Origin: an uncultured Candidatus Saccharibacteria bacterium
GTDB taxonomy: Bacteria > Patescibacteriota > Minisyncoccia > Phycocordibacterales > XYD1-FULL-46-19
Reading direction: 5' to 3'
Length of the DNA stretch: 58,949 nucleotides
Assembly (NCBI GenBank): GCA_964655995.1
Contig: CAZZPK010000004.1
Span: forward strand, 1-58,949
In this document: positions 35,944-44,242 of the stretch, piece by piece
Layout of the letters: each line of letters opens with the position of its first letter
Numbering within the stretch: the first letter of the stretch is position 1
Notes under the pieces: generated by a model
What the model saw: only the letters and a program-made list of their open reading frames with translations
Databases searched by the model: none
What the model was told of the DNA's origin: nothing
Program-made: the position numbers and the translations under genes

Positions 35944-37971
35944 ATGGATAAACCGAAAACAAAAAAGGAGGACCTAATTGAAGATATTTTTGGTCACAAG
36001 ATACCAGATCCTTATCGTTGGTTGGAAGATAATAATTCCCAAGAAGTTAAAAATTGGATTAGACAACAAAATGATTACACGGATTCTTTTTTAAGAACCA
36101 AAGATTTTTTAACAATCTCCGAAGAGTTGATTAAAAATTATAAAACGGTCGATTTTTCAACCCCGTTTCCGACTAATGGATTTTATTTTTATAAAGAGCG
36201 TAAGCCTGGTGAAGATCAATTTACCCTTTATTTTAAACGAGATTTAGATGGTGAGGCGGTAAAACTAATTGACCCCAATGAGATTAGTAAAACTACCACC
36301 ATAAGTTATTGGTTTCCATCAAGGAGTGCCAAATATGTCGCTTACGGCCTCTCGGTTGATGGTGATGAAATGTCGACCCTACTCATTCGTGATGTTGAAA
36401 AAAATACAGATAGTGCCGATAAAATAGAACGCTGTCGCTACTCGTCTGTAACTTGGCTGCCGGACGATACCGGCTTTTTTTACACAAAAAATCCTAAACC
36501 AGGTGAGGTGCCTGAAGGTGAGGAGCATCTACATGAAAAAGTTTTTTTGCATATCATTGGGAAAAACCCCGACAATGATCAGTTGATTTTTGGAGCCAAT
36601 AGACCAAAAGACGATATGCTTGACCTGACTCTTTCTGTCGATGGTCGTTATTTAGCGATCGAGGTTGCTCAAAAATGGACCGAAAATGACATCTTTATAT
36701 ATGACACGCAAACAAAACAAACAACAGAATTGGTAGTGGGTAAAAAAGCCCAATTTAAAATATCTTTTGTTGCTAATCTTGCCTTGATTTACACTGATTA
36801 TCAGGCTAATAATTTTCGCCTCCTATCTATCAGCTTAGATAAACTACTTACTCCGATAGACAAGTGGCCAGAACTAGTGCCAGAAGATAAATATCCTCTA
36901 ATCGGCATATCAACCACCAAAGATTTAATCTTGTTAGAGTATATAGTTAATGCCTGTTCGCAACTCAAGATTGTAGACCACACCGGTCAGCCAGTTGATG
37001 GTTGGCAAATAGAGTTACCGCCATTTTCCACCATCGTTGGATTTGGCACTAATCGAGTCGAAAAAGATTTTTTCTTATCTATTACTTCTTTTACTTTTCC
37101 AAAAAAAATCTTTTATTTAAACAACGGAGCCAAGCAACTTTATCGCGAAGTCGGTAATCCAATTAATTCTGACGACTACGTTATCAGGCAAGAGTGGTGC
37201 GAGTCTAAAGATGGCACGAAAGTACCATCTTTTATCTTTCATCACAAGCAGATTGATTTGTCTAAACCACAGCCAACTATTTTATACGCTTACGGCGGAT
37301 TTGGTTCAAATGAAATGCCCAGCTTTTTGAAATCCTGGATCCCTTGGGTGTCGCGAGGCGGGTTATTTGTAATAGCTAATATCAGAGGCGGTGGAGAATT
37401 TGGCCGCGATTGGCATCAACAAGGTATTAAAGACAAGAAACAAAACTCCTTCGACGACTTCATATCCGTAGCGGAGTATTTAATTACCAAAGGCTATACT
37501 TCCAAAGAAAAGCTAGGTATCCTTGGTGGCAGTAACGGTGGATTGCTGGTATCAGCTGTTTCCGCCCAAAGGCCTGATTTATTTAAAGCGGTGTGCGCAA
37601 AAGTGCCGTTAACGGACATGGTGCGTTTTCTTAAGTTTGGTATTGCTATACGCTGGATCCATGAATATGGCAATCCCGAAACAGAGGAGGATTTGAGAAA
37701 TATATTAAAATGGAGTCCATATCACAACATCAAAAACAATGTTAATTACCCTTCTTATCTCTTTACTACGGCCGATAAAGACACTCGGGTTCACTCACTG
37801 CATGCGCGCAAGATGACCGCACTACTCCAAGAAGTATCCGACGACAATAAGGTGCTACTGTTTACCGAGTCACAGGCCGGCCACGGACCTGGCAAACCGA
37901 TTTCTAAAATTATCGAGGGACAGGCTTTAATTATCTCGTTTTTTAGTCAAGAACTAGGGTTGGAGATTTAA
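35944..37971 (+). CDS. Prolyl oligopeptidase (S9A family serine peptidase)
   Basis: N-terminal DPYRWLED, a beta-propeller region, the catalytic GGSNGGLL serine motif and a late AGHG. AT-rich gene. Confidence 0.88.
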   Translation: MDKPKTKKEDLIEDIFGHKIPDPYRWLEDNNSQEVKNWIRQQNDYTDSFLRTKDFLTISEELIKNYKTVDFSTPFPTNGFYFYKERKPGEDQFTLYFKRDLDGEAVKLIDPNEISKTTTISYWFPSRSAKYVAYGLSVDGDEMSTLLIRDVEKNTDSADKIERCRYSSVTWLPDDTGFFYTKNPKPGEVPEGEEHLHEKVFLHIIGKNPDNDQLIFGANRPKDDMLDLTLSVDGRYLAIEVAQKWTENDIFIYDTQTKQTTELVVGKKAQFKISFVANLALIYTDYQANNFRLLSISLDKLLTPIDKWPELVPEDKYPLIGISTTKDLILLEYIVNACSQLKIVDHTGQPVDGWQIELPPFSTIVGFGTNRVEKDFFLSITSFTFPKKIFYLNNGAKQLYREVGNPINSDDYVIRQEWCESKDGTKVPSFIFHHKQIDLSKPQPTILYAYGGFGSNEMPSFLKSWIPWVSRGGLFVIANIRGGGEFGRDWHQQGIKDKKQNSFDDFISVAEYLITKGYTSKEKLGILGGSNGGLLVSAVSAQRPDLFKAVCAKVPLTDMVRFLKFGIAIRWIHEYGNPETEEDLRNILKWSPYHNIKNNVNYPSYLFTTADKDTRVHSLHARKMTALLQEVSDDNKVLLFTESQAGHGPGKPISKIIEGQALIISFFSQELGLEI

Positions 37972-38041
37972 ATATACAATATAATATTTGCTACTTCTAG
38001 ATATTCATGATACTCTAAAACTAGAGGCCAAAGACCTATTC

Positions 38042-38380
38042 ATGGACACAAAGCGTTTCTTGTTCTTATGCTCCACCGAGGAGGGGATTTTTGCCCCACC
38101 ACCTCAAATCGACGAATGCTGGCATATGTTCATTCTATTCACGAGAGACTATGCCGAGTTCTGCGACGAGTATTTCGGTGAGTTTTTACACCACCACCCT
38201 CGCACCAAGGCAATGAAGTCCAAAGAGGGTGGACGTAAACGTGCACCACACACTCTCGAAGTTGCCCGTCGCTTGTTTGGGTCGATCTTGTCACAAAATT
38301 GGCAGTATACCCAAGGCCAGCTCGGTGCCTGTAATTGCAGTGGTTCCACTAACTGCCAGGATGATCCGTGCTGTCGGTAA
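38042..38380 (+). CDS. Small protein with CWHMFILFT...FLHHHP core and a Cys-rich C-terminal tail
   Basis: The core resembles proteins annotated as glycine-rich-domain-containing-protein-like, but this is from memory and not searched. The tail is GACNCSGSTNCQDDPCCR. The track ORF opens at TTG 37988. Confidence 0.45.
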   Translation: MDTKRFLFLCSTEEGIFAPPPQIDECWHMFILFTRDYAEFCDEYFGEFLHHHPRTKAMKSKEGGRKRAPHTLEVARRLFGSILSQNWQYTQGQLGACNCSGSTNCQDDPCCR

Positions 38381-38400
38381 ACTTCCGATTTCAATCAAAC

Positions 38401-38452
38401 TAGAGGGGGAATGTATGTAAATAAACCGACTACATCCCCCTCTAAATTTTTT
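38401..38452 (+). terminator. Strong terminator
   Basis: TAGAGGGGGA (38401-10) pairs with TCCCCCTCTA (38435-44), plus 4 inner pairs. TTTTTT follows. Confidence 0.7.
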
Positions 38453-38474
38453 AAATATGGTATTATAAAAAATT

Positions 38475-39008
38475 ATGAGTTTTTTACTTAAAAAAGTTGA
38501 AGAGATCAATCAATTAGAAGCCGGAAAAGCACTCGATCTTGGTAGTGGTAGTGGTAAAGATGTTCGCGAATTAGTCGCCAAAGGTTGGGAAGTTGAAGCG
38601 GTAGATCGTGAAGCAGGAGCAGTAAAATCTTTACAAAATATCCCAAATATAACCGCCATTGAGACAAATATAGAAACTTTTCTAATCAAAGAAAATTATT
38701 TTGATTTGATATTGGCTAGCAATTCGTTGCCTTTTATTGGCGACTCCAAAACCATTTTTGAGACACTTAAAAAAGCAGTCGCTGGTCTAAAAGATGGTGG
38801 GGTATTAGCTTTTAGTTTATTTGGACCTAAAGACGAATGGAATGGGGTTAAGCCTAACATTGCTTTTATTGAATATAACGAGATTTTAGATTTATTAAAT
38901 AAACTACCCCTTGAAATCCAATTTCAATCTACCGAGCTGGGTTACGGACCAACCATGGCCGGTCCTCTAAAATTTTGGCATATCCACAAATTTGTGTGTA
39001 AAAAATAA
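38475..39008 (+). CDS. Class I SAM-dependent methyltransferase (177 aa)
   Basis: Motif I ALDLGSGSGKDVRELVAKGWEVEAVD. Confidence 0.8.
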   Translation: MSFLLKKVEEINQLEAGKALDLGSGSGKDVRELVAKGWEVEAVDREAGAVKSLQNIPNITAIETNIETFLIKENYFDLILASNSLPFIGDSKTIFETLKKAVAGLKDGGVLAFSLFGPKDEWNGVKPNIAFIEYNEILDLLNKLPLEIQFQSTELGYGPTMAGPLKFWHIHKFVCKK

Positions 39009-39012
39009 GTCC

Positions 39013-39042
39013 TTGACTTTTAGGGGGAGTGTATGCTATAAT
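39013..39042 (+). promoter_or_regulatory. Promoter TTGACT-18-TATAAT
   Basis: It lies within the 17-mer CTTGACTTTTAGGGGGA, which recurs at 39451-39467. Confidence 0.55.
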
Positions 39043-39118
39043 AAGGGGTAGAAGTAGGGAAGTACCTTGTGATCTAAAGAAACCTTAACTTGGGGCCTTT
39101 GGGCCGAGGAGATGAGTA

Positions 39119-39373
39119 ATGCTGAAAGAAATGTTAGAAAATTGGGATTGGGATGATTTTAAGGATTGGTTCATATCCTGGTTTATCAGTTGGGCTGTTT
39201 CCACCCTTGTATTTGGATTTGTAATCCTGGTTGTATTGGCACTTGTGGTAACTATCACCCAAGAGCCGATACCAAGATCGTCTCTATTTGAGTGGAGCCG
39301 AATCGTCGGCTTCGTGACTGGCGCTGGGATTAGCAGTATGGCAATAACTTGGTGGAAAACATACAAAAGTTAA
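39119..39373 (+). CDS. Small membrane protein (84 aa)
   Basis: GAGGAG RBS, two TM helices, a promoter upstream and a terminator downstream. Confidence 0.55.
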   Translation: MLKEMLENWDWDDFKDWFISWFISWAVSTLVFGFVILVVLALVVTITQEPIPRSSLFEWSRIVGFVTGAGISSMAITWWKTYKS

Positions 39374-39377
39374 AGTA

Positions 39378-39420
39378 CACCCCTGGCGGCATCAATGCTA
39401 CCAGGGGTGATTTGGTTTTT
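39378..39420 (+). terminator. Terminator
   Basis: CACCCCTGG (39378-86) pairs with CCAGGGGTG (39401-09). ATTTGGTTTTT follows. Confidence 0.65.
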
Positions 39421-39477
39421 ATAAAATAACTAATTTTAATGTACAAGCCACTTGACTTTTAGGGGGATAATCTGGGT

Positions 39478-39507
39478 TTGCTTCTTATATAAAAGATGGT
39501 TTATAAT
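39478..39507 (+). promoter_or_regulatory. Promoter TTGCTT-18-TATAAT
   Basis: The -10 ends 7 nt before ATG 39515. Confidence 0.4.
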
Positions 39508-39514
39508 TAATCTA

Positions 39515-39853
39515 ATGGATAAAAAGTCTACAATTTTACTTTACGTAATGGGTATATTGATACTGGTCTCCGTTGGCGTAACTTTCTACCGTTATATGAT
39601 TTTAAAGGACTATCAAGTAATTACCGAGATTGAATGTAACCCAGAAATTGAAAATTGTTTTGTTAGGACAGAGGAGGATGGAACTATCAGTTATTACAAG
39701 ATAATCAGTCGTAATGCCGCTAATATTCCACTCTGTGACCCGGCACAAGATGAATCATGTCGAGCTTTGGTCTGTGAAGCAGAAGAACTTAAGTGCGAAA
39801 TCACTTTTTGCTCGCCAAAGGACACCCCAGAAGGTGAGACTTGCTCTCGCTAA
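39515..39853 (+). CDS. Membrane-anchored Cys-rich small protein (112 aa)
   Basis: An N-terminal TM, then 8 Cys residues (ECNPEIENC...LCDP..ESCRALVCEAEELKCEITFC...ETC). The track ORF start (TTG 39452) is actually a TTGACT box. Confidence 0.5.
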   Translation: MDKKSTILLYVMGILILVSVGVTFYRYMILKDYQVITEIECNPEIENCFVRTEEDGTISYYKIISRNAANIPLCDPAQDESCRALVCEAEELKCEITFCSPKDTPEGETCSR

Positions 39854-39862
39854 TACTGTATA

Positions 39863-39891
39863 TTGACAAATGACAACGATGGGTGTATAAT
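39863..39891 (+). promoter_or_regulatory. Consensus promoter TTGACA-17-TATAAT
   Basis: Exact consensus hexamers at 39863-68 and 39886-91. Confidence 0.6.
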
Positions 39892-39945
39892 TATAGACAG
39901 AGTGAACTTTGGGTATTTGACAACTAACAACAAGGGGGGTAGCCC

Positions 39946-40602
39946 GTGAATACTGTAATAGTGGTTTTTCTGCTTGTGTCGCTTGTTCTCTTTGGTTTAG
40001 GAGCCTGGCGACAAGAGAAAAGGTCACACAAGAGTGCGGTCTCAAGTCAGGAGGTGGCCGGCTTCTTTATGTGGCAGGCCATTGATCGCTGGGTCAACTA
40101 CTTGTTGTATCCGGCCATGATCACGATTTTTGGTCTGGTAAACGGCACATTAGTGATGATTGTGGTTACATTGTTTAGTAACACAATCTACGTTATCACT
40201 AATAATGCCACAGAGGGGGACTGGACCTTCATGTCTTGGTTTACCCTCTTACGGGACAATGGTTCTCACTTGTGGCCATTGCGCTATTGTCGAGCCCTAA
40301 AGAGGCTCCCTTGGTTGCGTCGGCCACTTATCAAGTCATTGGGACTTGTTAGGGCCCTACTTCGCGTAAAGGTTGGGCGGTTCTCCTTGGCCAATCCGAT
40401 AGGGTACTTATACCTCTCGGTCTGGAAGGATTCTTTTTACGCAATCAACTTTCTGTATCATAAGGAAGCGGATCTGCGTAAGCCACGGATCCTTGGCCTA
40501 TACCTGATCAGTCACATTATATGCAATATGGCCTGGGCGCCATTTGCAGGGCTGATATCGGTTGGGGTCGGGATAGCTCTCAAAGCTCTCCCGATTAGTT
40601 AA
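39946..40602 (+). CDS. Hypothetical polytopic membrane protein (218 aa)
   Basis: GTG start after an AAGGGGGG RBS. Several hydrophobic helices. Confidence 0.55.
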   Translation: MNTVIVVFLLVSLVLFGLGAWRQEKRSHKSAVSSQEVAGFFMWQAIDRWVNYLLYPAMITIFGLVNGTLVMIVVTLFSNTIYVITNNATEGDWTFMSWFTLLRDNGSHLWPLRYCRALKRLPWLRRPLIKSLGLVRALLRVKVGRFSLANPIGYLYLSVWKDSFYAINFLYHKEADLRKPRILGLYLISHIICNMAWAPFAGLISVGVGIALKALPIS

Positions 40603-40607
40603 AGACT

Positions 40608-40652
40608 AAGGGCGGTTACGTTTGTACAAACATTCGTGATCGCCCTTTTTGT
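40608..40652 (+). terminator. Terminator
   Basis: AAGGGCG (40608-14) pairs with CGCCCTT (40641-47). The loop contains the palindrome GTTTGTACAAAC. TTTTGTG follows. Confidence 0.55.
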
Positions 40653-40699
40653 GTTAATATGTTATTACAGTAATAAAATGGTTGAATTGTCTTCAAACT

Positions 40700-42028
40700 A
40701 TGGCAAATCTGGTAACTAAATTAAGAATATTTGCTCAAAAAATCAAGCCACAGAATAAATTCGAAATCCGCGATACTAAAAAGTATGGTAACGGGGTTTA
40801 CGCTAAAAGAGATATAAAAAAAGGGGAAGTAATATGGGTTTTAGATGGTAAAGAAATCTCTGAATATATTTGCGACAAAATGATCGCGGATGGACTTTTG
40901 AGTAATGACAACCCGCTCCAAATAGGGATGGATAATTATTTAATTTTAGATCAAATTTCTTTATCGTTTAATCATAGTTGCTCACCAAATGCGACACTCT
41001 ATGGACGGAGCACTTTGATGGCGATAAAAAATATAAAAAAAGGAGAGGAGATAACCTATGACTATTCGCTCACGGTACCGCCGTCTAATTATACTTTTAA
41101 CACCATGGATCATTGTCAATGTGGATCTGATCGCTGTCGACAAAGTCTAGGCAACGTACTAACAGTCCAAAAAAGTAAACTTAAACATCATGCCGAAAAT
41201 GGCCATTTACAAGATTTTATTGTAGAGGAGTTAAATAAAATTAACTTTTTCAGAGAGATAGCTACAATTGGTTTAGAGGATATTTACACCTCAAAAGAAG
41301 AGGCTATCATTGAATTAAAAAAGCGGTGGGAAAATGATGGGTTAAAACAAAAAGCGATTGCATTTATTGGCCGTGAATTTTTACCTAATTACTTTTTTGA
41401 TAAACCACATGCTATTTCAATTGAGGATGTGGCTACACCAAATCTGTCTACCCTCTCCTTCCGTGACGCAGCTAAAGAGATGGGCCTGGATCCGCTCCAT
41501 TTTGAATACTTAGAAGACATCTTTGTTACGAGAAATATTGATAAGTCATCGCTTGCTAGAATGACTTTTTACCATGGCCTAAATTCTAACAATGAGATGA
41601 TTACCACCCACAAAAAGGTCATTGACCTGTCAGGCAAAGAAGAGAAAAAACCTTTTAAAGAGATAAGCACCCTCTGGGGGGAGAATTTTGTTGACTTTCA
41701 TCATCGACTATTTTTTAAGCATTTTCCGGAAGCTAAGGTCTTTGATGGGTCTAAGTGGTATAAAAATAAGGGAACAAAAGCGAAAGAATATTATATTTTT
41801 GTTTTTGCTTTGTCTATTTGCCACGGCGTTCTTTTTGAAACATTTTTTGACAATGGATACGAGGAGGGATTTACCAAGGAAGTCGCTGCGCCAGCATTTC
41901 AATTTGTCACCGAGTATTTTGGTGTAAAGCCTTTAGTGGTGCCAATTATACCCTTAAAATCAATTCCTGGATCCATAGCGGAGAAATACTGGTGGTGTTA
42001 CCCGGAATATATTAAAATAAGTATATGA
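40700..42028 (+). CDS. SET-domain protein fused to a ~280-aa uncharacterised C-terminal domain
   Basis: SET core: GNGVYAKRDIKKGEVI, FNHSCSPNA, GEEITYDYS. Post-SET Cys cluster: CQCGSDRCRQ. No motif was recognised in the remainder. Confidence 0.75.
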   Translation: MANLVTKLRIFAQKIKPQNKFEIRDTKKYGNGVYAKRDIKKGEVIWVLDGKEISEYICDKMIADGLLSNDNPLQIGMDNYLILDQISLSFNHSCSPNATLYGRSTLMAIKNIKKGEEITYDYSLTVPPSNYTFNTMDHCQCGSDRCRQSLGNVLTVQKSKLKHHAENGHLQDFIVEELNKINFFREIATIGLEDIYTSKEEAIIELKKRWENDGLKQKAIAFIGREFLPNYFFDKPHAISIEDVATPNLSTLSFRDAAKEMGLDPLHFEYLEDIFVTRNIDKSSLARMTFYHGLNSNNEMITTHKKVIDLSGKEEKKPFKEISTLWGENFVDFHHRLFFKHFPEAKVFDGSKWYKNKGTKAKEYYIFVFALSICHGVLFETFFDNGYEEGFTKEVAAPAFQFVTEYFGVKPLVVPIIPLKSIPGSIAEKYWWCYPEYIKISI

Positions 42029-43719
42029 GTTTTAATCTAGTTACAAATTTAGAGGCTTGTTATGACTTTGTAGTAAACGACGCCCCGTTGTCTCTGGTTT
42101 ATTACTCTCACTTTACAACAATCATTATTTCACTTTTAGTGGGAATTTTGGTTCTAAGAAACAGCCGTCCTCCAATAACTGGTAAGGTGTTATTTAGCTT
42201 ATCTGTTTTTTTTAGCCTTTGGGTGGTCATAGACCTGATAACCTGGACCAGCTACAACAGCACATATTATATGTTTTTCTGGTCACTTTTTGGTGTATTA
42301 ACAGCTCTGGTTTATCTATTTTGTATATATTTTGCTTATGTTTTTATAAATAAGAGAGACATTTCGTTTGCAGTACTTTCTGTTTTTTCTATATTAATTG
42401 CTCCAATTGTTTTTTTGATTCCTACAAATTATAACTTAAGTGGTTTTTTGGTGATTGATTGTATTTCCATAGAAGAAGTAATTTACACTAACTATTTTCT
42501 ACTTTTTGGGGCACTCGCTTTTGTTTGGGTTGCTATATCAGCATTCATAGGTTACAGAAAAACAAAAGAAAATGTCCTTAAAAAACAGATTATTTTAATG
42601 ACTGTTGGTTTAGAGTTATTTATCACTATCTTTTTTACAGCTACATTTTTAGACAGTTATCTAGTAAATATAGGCGTAACTGGGGATTATATGTTAGGTA
42701 ACTATGGCCTCTTTGGGATGGCTATATTTATGGCCTTTTTGGCATATCTGATTGTCCAATTTAAGGCTTTTAACATTAAACTTATTGGAGCGAATGTGTT
42801 GGTTATTACTTTGGCTGGGCTGGTTGGGTCATTGCTCTTCGTGGTGCAAAGTACCACCTCTTTGATTATTGCGGGGGTTACCTTTATTTTGTCAGTGGTA
42901 TTTGGTTATTTCCTCATCCGTTCTGTCCGTAAGGAGGTGGAGGCGCGGGAGTATATTCAGGAGCTGGCGGGGGAGTTGGCCACCTCACGCGACCAACTCT
43001 TAGTCGCTAATGAGAAGCTACAGGAGCTCGATAAGCAGAAAACGGAGTTTGTCTCCATCGCCTCACACCAGCTCCGCTCGCCGCTGACGGCGATCAAGGG
43101 CTACTCCTCAATGATTTTGGAGGGCTCGTTTGGCGAGATCAACGGTAAGACTAAGGACGCTGTGGACAAGATCTTCCAGTCTAGTCAGCGCCTCGTCAAC
43201 ATTATCGAGGACTTTCTTAACGTTACTCGTATCGAGCTCGGCACGATGAAGTATGAGATGAGCGAGATCAACGTTAAGGACATGACTAAAAAAATTATTG
43301 AGGAGCTCCGGCCAAATATCGAGGACAAGGGACTTGGTGTCAGTTTTAAAGCCGATAAGGGCAACCACACCGTTTATGCCGATGCGGGCAAAATTAGCCA
43401 AGTGATAGGTAATATTATCGATAACGCCATCAAATACACTCCCGAGGGATCTATCGATATCACTCTGACTGGACAAAACGGTACCATACTACTAGCGGTT
43501 AAAGACAGTGGGGTGGGTATACCCAAAGAAACATTACCTAAGTTGTTTGAAAAGTTTATTCGGGCCGACGACGCCGGCAAGACCAATATCTCAGGTACCG
43601 GCCTGGGCCTATACGTCGCCAAACAGATCGTAGAGGCTCACAGGGGCCGTATTTGGGCCGAGTCCGACGGCAAAGGCCACGGCTCCACCTTCTTTATCGA
43701 GTTTAAAAGGAGGGGGTAA
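42025..43719 (+). CDS. Sensor histidine kinase with a multi-TM (about 7-8 helix) N-terminal sensor; no adjacent response regulator
   Basis: H-box HQLRSPLTAIKGYS, N-box NIIDNAIKYTP, DSGVGIP, GTGLGLYVAKQIVEAHRG. Confidence 0.9.
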   Translation: MSFNLVTNLEACYDFVVNDAPLSLVYYSHFTTIIISLLVGILVLRNSRPPITGKVLFSLSVFFSLWVVIDLITWTSYNSTYYMFFWSLFGVLTALVYLFCIYFAYVFINKRDISFAVLSVFSILIAPIVFLIPTNYNLSGFLVIDCISIEEVIYTNYFLLFGALAFVWVAISAFIGYRKTKENVLKKQIILMTVGLELFITIFFTATFLDSYLVNIGVTGDYMLGNYGLFGMAIFMAFLAYLIVQFKAFNIKLIGANVLVITLAGLVGSLLFVVQSTTSLIIAGVTFILSVVFGYFLIRSVRKEVEAREYIQELAGELATSRDQLLVANEKLQELDKQKTEFVSIASHQLRSPLTAIKGYSSMILEGSFGEINGKTKDAVDKIFQSSQRLVNIIEDFLNVTRIELGTMKYEMSEINVKDMTKKIIEELRPNIEDKGLGVSFKADKGNHTVYADAGKISQVIGNIIDNAIKYTPEGSIDITLTGQNGTILLAVKDSGVGIPKETLPKLFEKFIRADDAGKTNISGTGLGLYVAKQIVEAHRGRIWAESDGKGHGSTFFIEFKRRG

Positions 43720-43721
43720 TA

Positions 43722-44234
43722 ATGAGGCCAGTCTCACAAATTTTTAAAGACGACCAGGATGATCGGAAAGATCCAACTATTGGTGTTGATTTAAAAATAC
43801 TACAAAAAGTATCTGACAGAGATAAAAAGAGACGAAAAGAGGTTGAATTATTGCTTAAGAAAAAATTAATTAAAACCGGGGCGGATTTTTATAAAGCGGC
43901 GATGATTTATCATCATACCCCAGGTTATGGAGATGGTCTCAAGGCACCAAAGTCGACTCTTAAAAACTATAAAATTGCTTTAAAGCTGGCCCAAAAGAGC
44001 ATCGATAAAAAATACGAAAAAGCTAAATGGTTATTTGCGGCTGTCACCGATAGATTATTGACTAATCAAGGCAAACCGCAAAAGTTTGGCACGCAGTATC
44101 GCAAAAAAGATCAAAGTAGTCCCTGGGAGCTTTTACCCGTAAACCCAAAAACTACCGATACTGAGCGCAAAAAGTATAACGTCCCAACCTTAAAACAAAC
44201 CCAGAATCGCCTTAAAAAGCTAAATCGTATATAA
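43722..44234 (+). CDS. Hypothetical basic protein (170 aa)
   Basis: ORF tightly coupled to the kinase gene. No motif assigned. Confidence 0.5.
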   Translation: MRPVSQIFKDDQDDRKDPTIGVDLKILQKVSDRDKKRRKEVELLLKKKLIKTGADFYKAAMIYHHTPGYGDGLKAPKSTLKNYKIALKLAQKSIDKKYEKAKWLFAAVTDRLLTNQGKPQKFGTQYRKKDQSSPWELLPVNPKTTDTERKKYNVPTLKQTQNRLKKLNRI

Positions 44235-44242
44235 TAGTCGGT

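Noticed and set aside
39085-39366. 93-aa minus-strand ORF opposite the 84-aa membrane protein gene
   Set aside because: The plus-strand ORF has a GAGGAG RBS, a TTGACT-18-TATAAT promoter and a downstream terminator. The minus-strand ORF has none of these.
39452-39514. Upstream TTG start for the Cys-rich protein ORF
   Set aside because: That TTG is the first triplet of a TTGACT box inside the repeated 17-mer. The ATG at 39515, directly before a TM helix, is the more plausible start.
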